A stretch of 19,901 nt of DNA, from the NCBI GenBank assembly GCA_046293555.1, contig JBKBOT010000010.1, positions 33,379-53,279 on the forward strand, in the 5' to 3' direction. Every line of letters starts with the position of its first letter. Within the stretch, counting starts at the first letter, position 1. This document shows positions 17,611 through 19,901 of this stretch, one piece after another. Source of the stretch: Pyrobaculum sp. (GTDB lineage: Archaea; Thermoproteota; Thermoprotei; Thermoproteales; Thermoproteaceae). The notes beneath the pieces were generated by a model, which saw only the letters and a list, made by a program, of their open reading frames with translations, had not been told where the DNA came from and ran no database searches. The position numbers were made by a program, and so were the translations under genes.

Positions 17611-18385
17611 ATGTCAGATAAGGTTTTTCGGGGCGCCGATGGAAGACACGCTTAGCTTTAGGTCTGGAACGCGTTTTGCGCCACAGAAAGTGAGAAGCAT
17701 TATGCCGTATATAGAGTACACCACCCTGTTTGGCAACATGGCAAAGCCTTTTTGCGATTTAGGCGACGTGGAGTTACTACAGGGGATGCCTCTAGAGAAC
17801 ATAACTAGAATTAGGAAGTTTGTAGAACAAATAGAGCCGCCATTTATTATGCTGGGCGGCGAACATACGGCGACAATGGCGGCGTTGGAGGCATTAAGGC
17901 CGGATACATATGTCCATATAGACGCCCATTTTGACTTACGTGACCAATGGCCTTATGGCCAAACTCTCTCTCACGCCACGTTTGCCAGGAGGGCACACGA
18001 GAGGCTTGGATTTTACGCAATATTTATAGGCGTTAGAGCATACGACGACGAGGAGTATCAATACGCCAAGAGGTCAGATTTCTTCATTGTGGAGGGCGAC
18101 ATGTTTACACGGAGAGAAGTCGCAGACGCCGTGTCTACAGCCTCTGGGAGGATATACCTAAGCGTTGATATAGACGTCATGGACCCGTCAGAGGCGCCCG
18201 CCGTAGGGACGCCGGAGGCAGGCGGCTTGAGTTTTAGAAAACTAGAGCTGGTGTTAACAGACCTAATGCTTACACTAAGGCCTGTGGCTGTAGACGTGAT
18301 GGAGTTCTCTCCGCCAAACGACGTCTCTGACGTCACTGCGGTAAAAGTGGCGAGATTGTTACTACATCTCTCCTCCCTGTTCTAG
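17603..18385 (+). CDS. speB: Agmatinase (arginase/ureohydrolase family)
   Basis: 'T.SFR.GTRFAP', GGEH, DAHFD, 'SHAT', 'IGVR', SVDIDVMDP, GTPEAGG, 'DVMEFSP'. Confidence 0.9.
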   Translation: MARCQIRFFGAPMEDTLSFRSGTRFAPQKVRSIMPYIEYTTLFGNMAKPFCDLGDVELLQGMPLENITRIRKFVEQIEPPFIMLGGEHTATMAALEALRPDTYVHIDAHFDLRDQWPYGQTLSHATFARRAHERLGFYAIFIGVRAYDDEEYQYAKRSDFFIVEGDMFTRREVADAVSTASGRIYLSVDIDVMDPSEAPAVGTPEAGGLSFRKLELVLTDLMLTLRPVAVDVMEFSPPNDVSDVTAVKVARLLLHLSSLF

Positions 18386-18437
18386 TCAGCCAGTATGCCT
18401 GTCTTCACCCTCAGCCGCGAGCCGCAACATCACTATT
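18383..18437 (-). ncRNA. C/D-box guide sRNA
   Basis: Minus strand: C GTGATGT (18433-18427), guide TGCGGCTCGCGG, D' CTGA (18414-18411), C' GTGAAGA (18408-18402), guide CAGGCATACTGG, D CTGA (18389-18386). Two 12-nt guides, short TAG/CTA terminal stem, upstream TTTTTAAA (18460-18453). Confidence 0.9.
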
Positions 18438-18480
18438 TGTATTTACAACTAGTTTAAAAACTGTGGCAAGAAGTAACGCC

Positions 18481-18972
18481 ATGAGGGCCCTCTATGTGGG
18501 CCGTTTTCAGCCATTACACTGGGGACACGTGAAGGTAGTCGAGTGGCTGTTGGCACAATATGACGAGGTGGTGGTGGCCATTGGGTCTGCGGACAAGGCC
18601 TTGACACACGACAACCCGTTTACCCCAGGGGAGCGGCTGGAGATGTTCTATAGACACTTTGGCCAAAACTGCCGGCTGTATTACTGCACGGTCCCCGACA
18701 CGGGGGGGCAGACAAGCCTATGGGGCGCATATTTAAAACACTGGTGTCCCCCCTTCCACCACGTGTATTCAAATAACCCACATGTAGAGACGGCGCTTAT
18801 GTATTGGAAAATTGAGGTAAGGCGCCATCCATATTACGAGGGGTACTCAGCCTCTCTCATTAGACAACTTATGGCGCAAGATAGCCCAAAGTGGAGAGAG
18901 ATGGTACCAGCCACTGTGGCGAGCTATATAGAAGAGATAGAAGGCGTGCAAAGAGTCAAATCTCTGAGGTAA
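18481..18972 (+). CDS. nadM: Nicotinamide-nucleotide adenylyltransferase
   Basis: 'YVGRFQPLHWGH', 'IGSA......NPFT.GER', 'SASLIR', 'W..MVP..V'; start ATG 18481 from TATA at 18453-18460. Confidence 0.92.
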   Translation: MRALYVGRFQPLHWGHVKVVEWLLAQYDEVVVAIGSADKALTHDNPFTPGERLEMFYRHFGQNCRLYYCTVPDTGGQTSLWGAYLKHWCPPFHHVYSNNPHVETALMYWKIEVRRHPYYEGYSASLIRQLMAQDSPKWREMVPATVASYIEEIEGVQRVKSLR

Positions 18973-18973
18973 T

Positions 18974-19206
18974 ATGAAGTTCTGCCCGGTATGTGGGATA
19001 GAGCTAAAGCCCAGGGTTATTATGACGTCGAGATAGATGCGTGTCCAAAATGTGGCGGGGTAGACGGCGGCGAGCTACAAAAACTAGTGGCTAAGACCAA
19101 AGTTTAGAGACGGGTATTACAGCCATGAGGAATACAAGAGGTGGGAGGAGGAATATAAACACAGGAAAAGAAAGGGGATGACTTCCTTGGGGACGTCTTT
19201 GACTAA
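18974..19206 (+). pseudogene. Frameshifted zf-TFIIB-type zinc-finger gene
   Basis: First frame MKFCPVCGIELKPRVI then stop; shifted frame YDVEIDACPKCGGV-DGGELQKLV (the usual WL is missing); further shifts give a YYSHEEYKRWEEEYKHRKRK tail and FLGDVFD*. Confidence 0.75.
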
Positions 19207-19236
19207 AAATTTTTATATCTCCCCGTGGCGGCAGTT

Positions 19237-19392
19237 GTGGAGGAGAGAAAGCTCTATGTATGTATGCGTTGCGGCAAGATTTTCTCGAGGTCCGAAATGG
19301 AGATACTTCCCGGCATCAGGTGTCCTTACTGCAGCTTTAAGATCGTAATGAAGGTGAGAAGCCCCATGGTGAAGAGAATACAAGCGATCTGA
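19237..19392 (+). CDS. rpoP: DNA-directed RNA polymerase subunit P (Rpo12)
   Basis: Manual translation [51 protein letters not shown] (alternative GTG at 19225); TATA TTTTTATA at 19210-19217. Below the track's size cut-off. Confidence 0.93.
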   Translation: MEERKLYVCMRCGKIFSRSEMEILPGIRCPYCSFKIVMKVRSPMVKRIQAI

Positions 19393-19460
19393 CGACAGGC
19401 GTGGGTGGCCAGACGTGGGGGGCCATCTAACCGCCGCGAGGATGTTGGGGGCCTTGCGTT

Positions 19461-19471
19461 AAATTTATAAA
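19461..19471 (+). promoter_or_regulatory. tRNA promoter TATA box
   Basis: AAATTTATAAA, with the TATA core 21-28 nt upstream of the tRNA 5' end. Confidence 0.6.
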
Positions 19472-19491
19472 CTTGTATATAAACCGCGCCG

Positions 19492-19608
19492 GGGCCCGTA
19501 GTCTAGCGGTATGATGCCCAGGGCGGAAGCCCGCAGAGGCCTTACAAGGCCCATCCGCAAAAAGCCGGAGCACGCGGGTGGTCCCGGGTTCAAATCCCGG
19601 CGGGCCCA
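19492..19608 (+). tRNA. tRNA-Val(TAC) with two introns (29/30: 19520-19538; 37/38: 19547-19572)
   Basis: Acceptor GGGCCCG/CGGGCCC-A73; D arm GTCTAGCGGTATGAT; T arm CCGGG-TTCAAAT-CCCGG. Removing the two inserts gives the anticodon arm CCCGC-CTTACAC-GCGGG. Each insert forms a BHB-like motif. Confidence 0.88.
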
Positions 19609-19609
19609 C

Positions 19610-19807
19610 CTAGCCCAATCCCAACAGCCGTTTTATATTCTCCCCGAGGTCGTGTATAAACGTCTCTGTGGCGTTACGAAAGCCCAATATCTTGTCCACA
19701 GCCCCCTGTATCACTCCAGATAGAGTGAGGGCAAACGCGCTGATTAGCGCCACGGAGATTAGTATTAATAGCACCTCTTCCACTAATATCGCCCCCCTGA
19801 CCTTCAT
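19610..19807 (-). CDS. Small type IV pilin-like protein (class III signal peptide)
   Basis: MKVRG|AILVEE: basic leader, RG cleavage site, Glu at +5, then about 25 hydrophobic residues; one NAT sequon. Confidence 0.65.
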   Translation of the reverse strand: MKVRGAILVEEVLLILISVALISAFALTLSGVIQGAVDKILGFRNATETFIHDLGENIKRLLGLG

Positions 19808-19832
19808 GTAGTATATGGGGCTAAAAAACTAA

Positions 19833-19901
19833 CTATAGGCCACTGCTGGCCAGCGACACTGCGCTTTCTATAGTGGCCTCTGGCGCCACCACGTGCGGGA
19901 T
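19833..19901 (-). CDS. 3' end of a gene entering from the right edge; possibly uroporphyrinogen-III synthase
   Basis: ...IPHVVAPEATIESAVSLASSGL*, reminiscent of a HemD C-terminus; only 22 codons visible. Confidence 0.35.
   Translation of the reverse strand: MPHVVAPEATIESAVSLASSGL

Noticed and set aside
19369-19413. Possible C/D sRNA overlapping the rpoP 3' end (GTGAAGA...CTGA...CAGA)
   Set aside because: No convincing C' box and a non-canonical D box; too weak to call.
19427-19723. ORFs 19427-19609 (-) and 19511-19723 (+)
   Set aside because: Overlap the tRNA gene; spurious.
19590-19901. Integrated element at the tRNA 3' end
   Set aside because: No integrase, att-like duplication or compositional shift visible in the window. 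No CRISPR array or IS element was seen anywhere.

Overview
Core chromosomal region of a hyperthermophilic crenarchaeon, almost certainly Thermoproteales and Pyrobaculum-like: crenactin cluster, multi-intron tRNA, TATA boxes about 20-28 nt before start codons. Left to right: (1) a partial MMPL/RND-like membrane protein gene (missed by the ORF track), divergent from a MacB/LolCDE-type ABC permease, its ATPase and a 601-aa membrane-anchored coiled-coil surface protein; this operon converges on tetraether lipid synthase (tes); (2) a TrmB-family regulator followed by a C/D-box sRNA; (3) the complete arcade cytoskeleton cluster (arcadin-1, crenactin, arcadin-2, a 56-aa arcadin-3 missed by the track, SMC/Rad50-like arcadin-4); (4) nitroreductase, a Zn-ribbon protein, Hsp20, an unknown protein, tRNA-splicing endonuclease, a double-psi-barrel-like protein and glycyl-tRNA synthetase; (5) a CDF transporter, agmatinase, a second C/D sRNA, NMN adenylyltransferase, a frameshifted zf-TFIIB pseudogene, rpoP, tRNA-Val(TAC) with two introns, a small pilin-like gene and the 3' end of a possible HemD. 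The best candidate for an undescribed system is the MMPL + ABC + coiled-coil module beside tes, a possible envelope/tetraether-lipid trafficking machine. All calls come from reading the sequence; no database searches were run.
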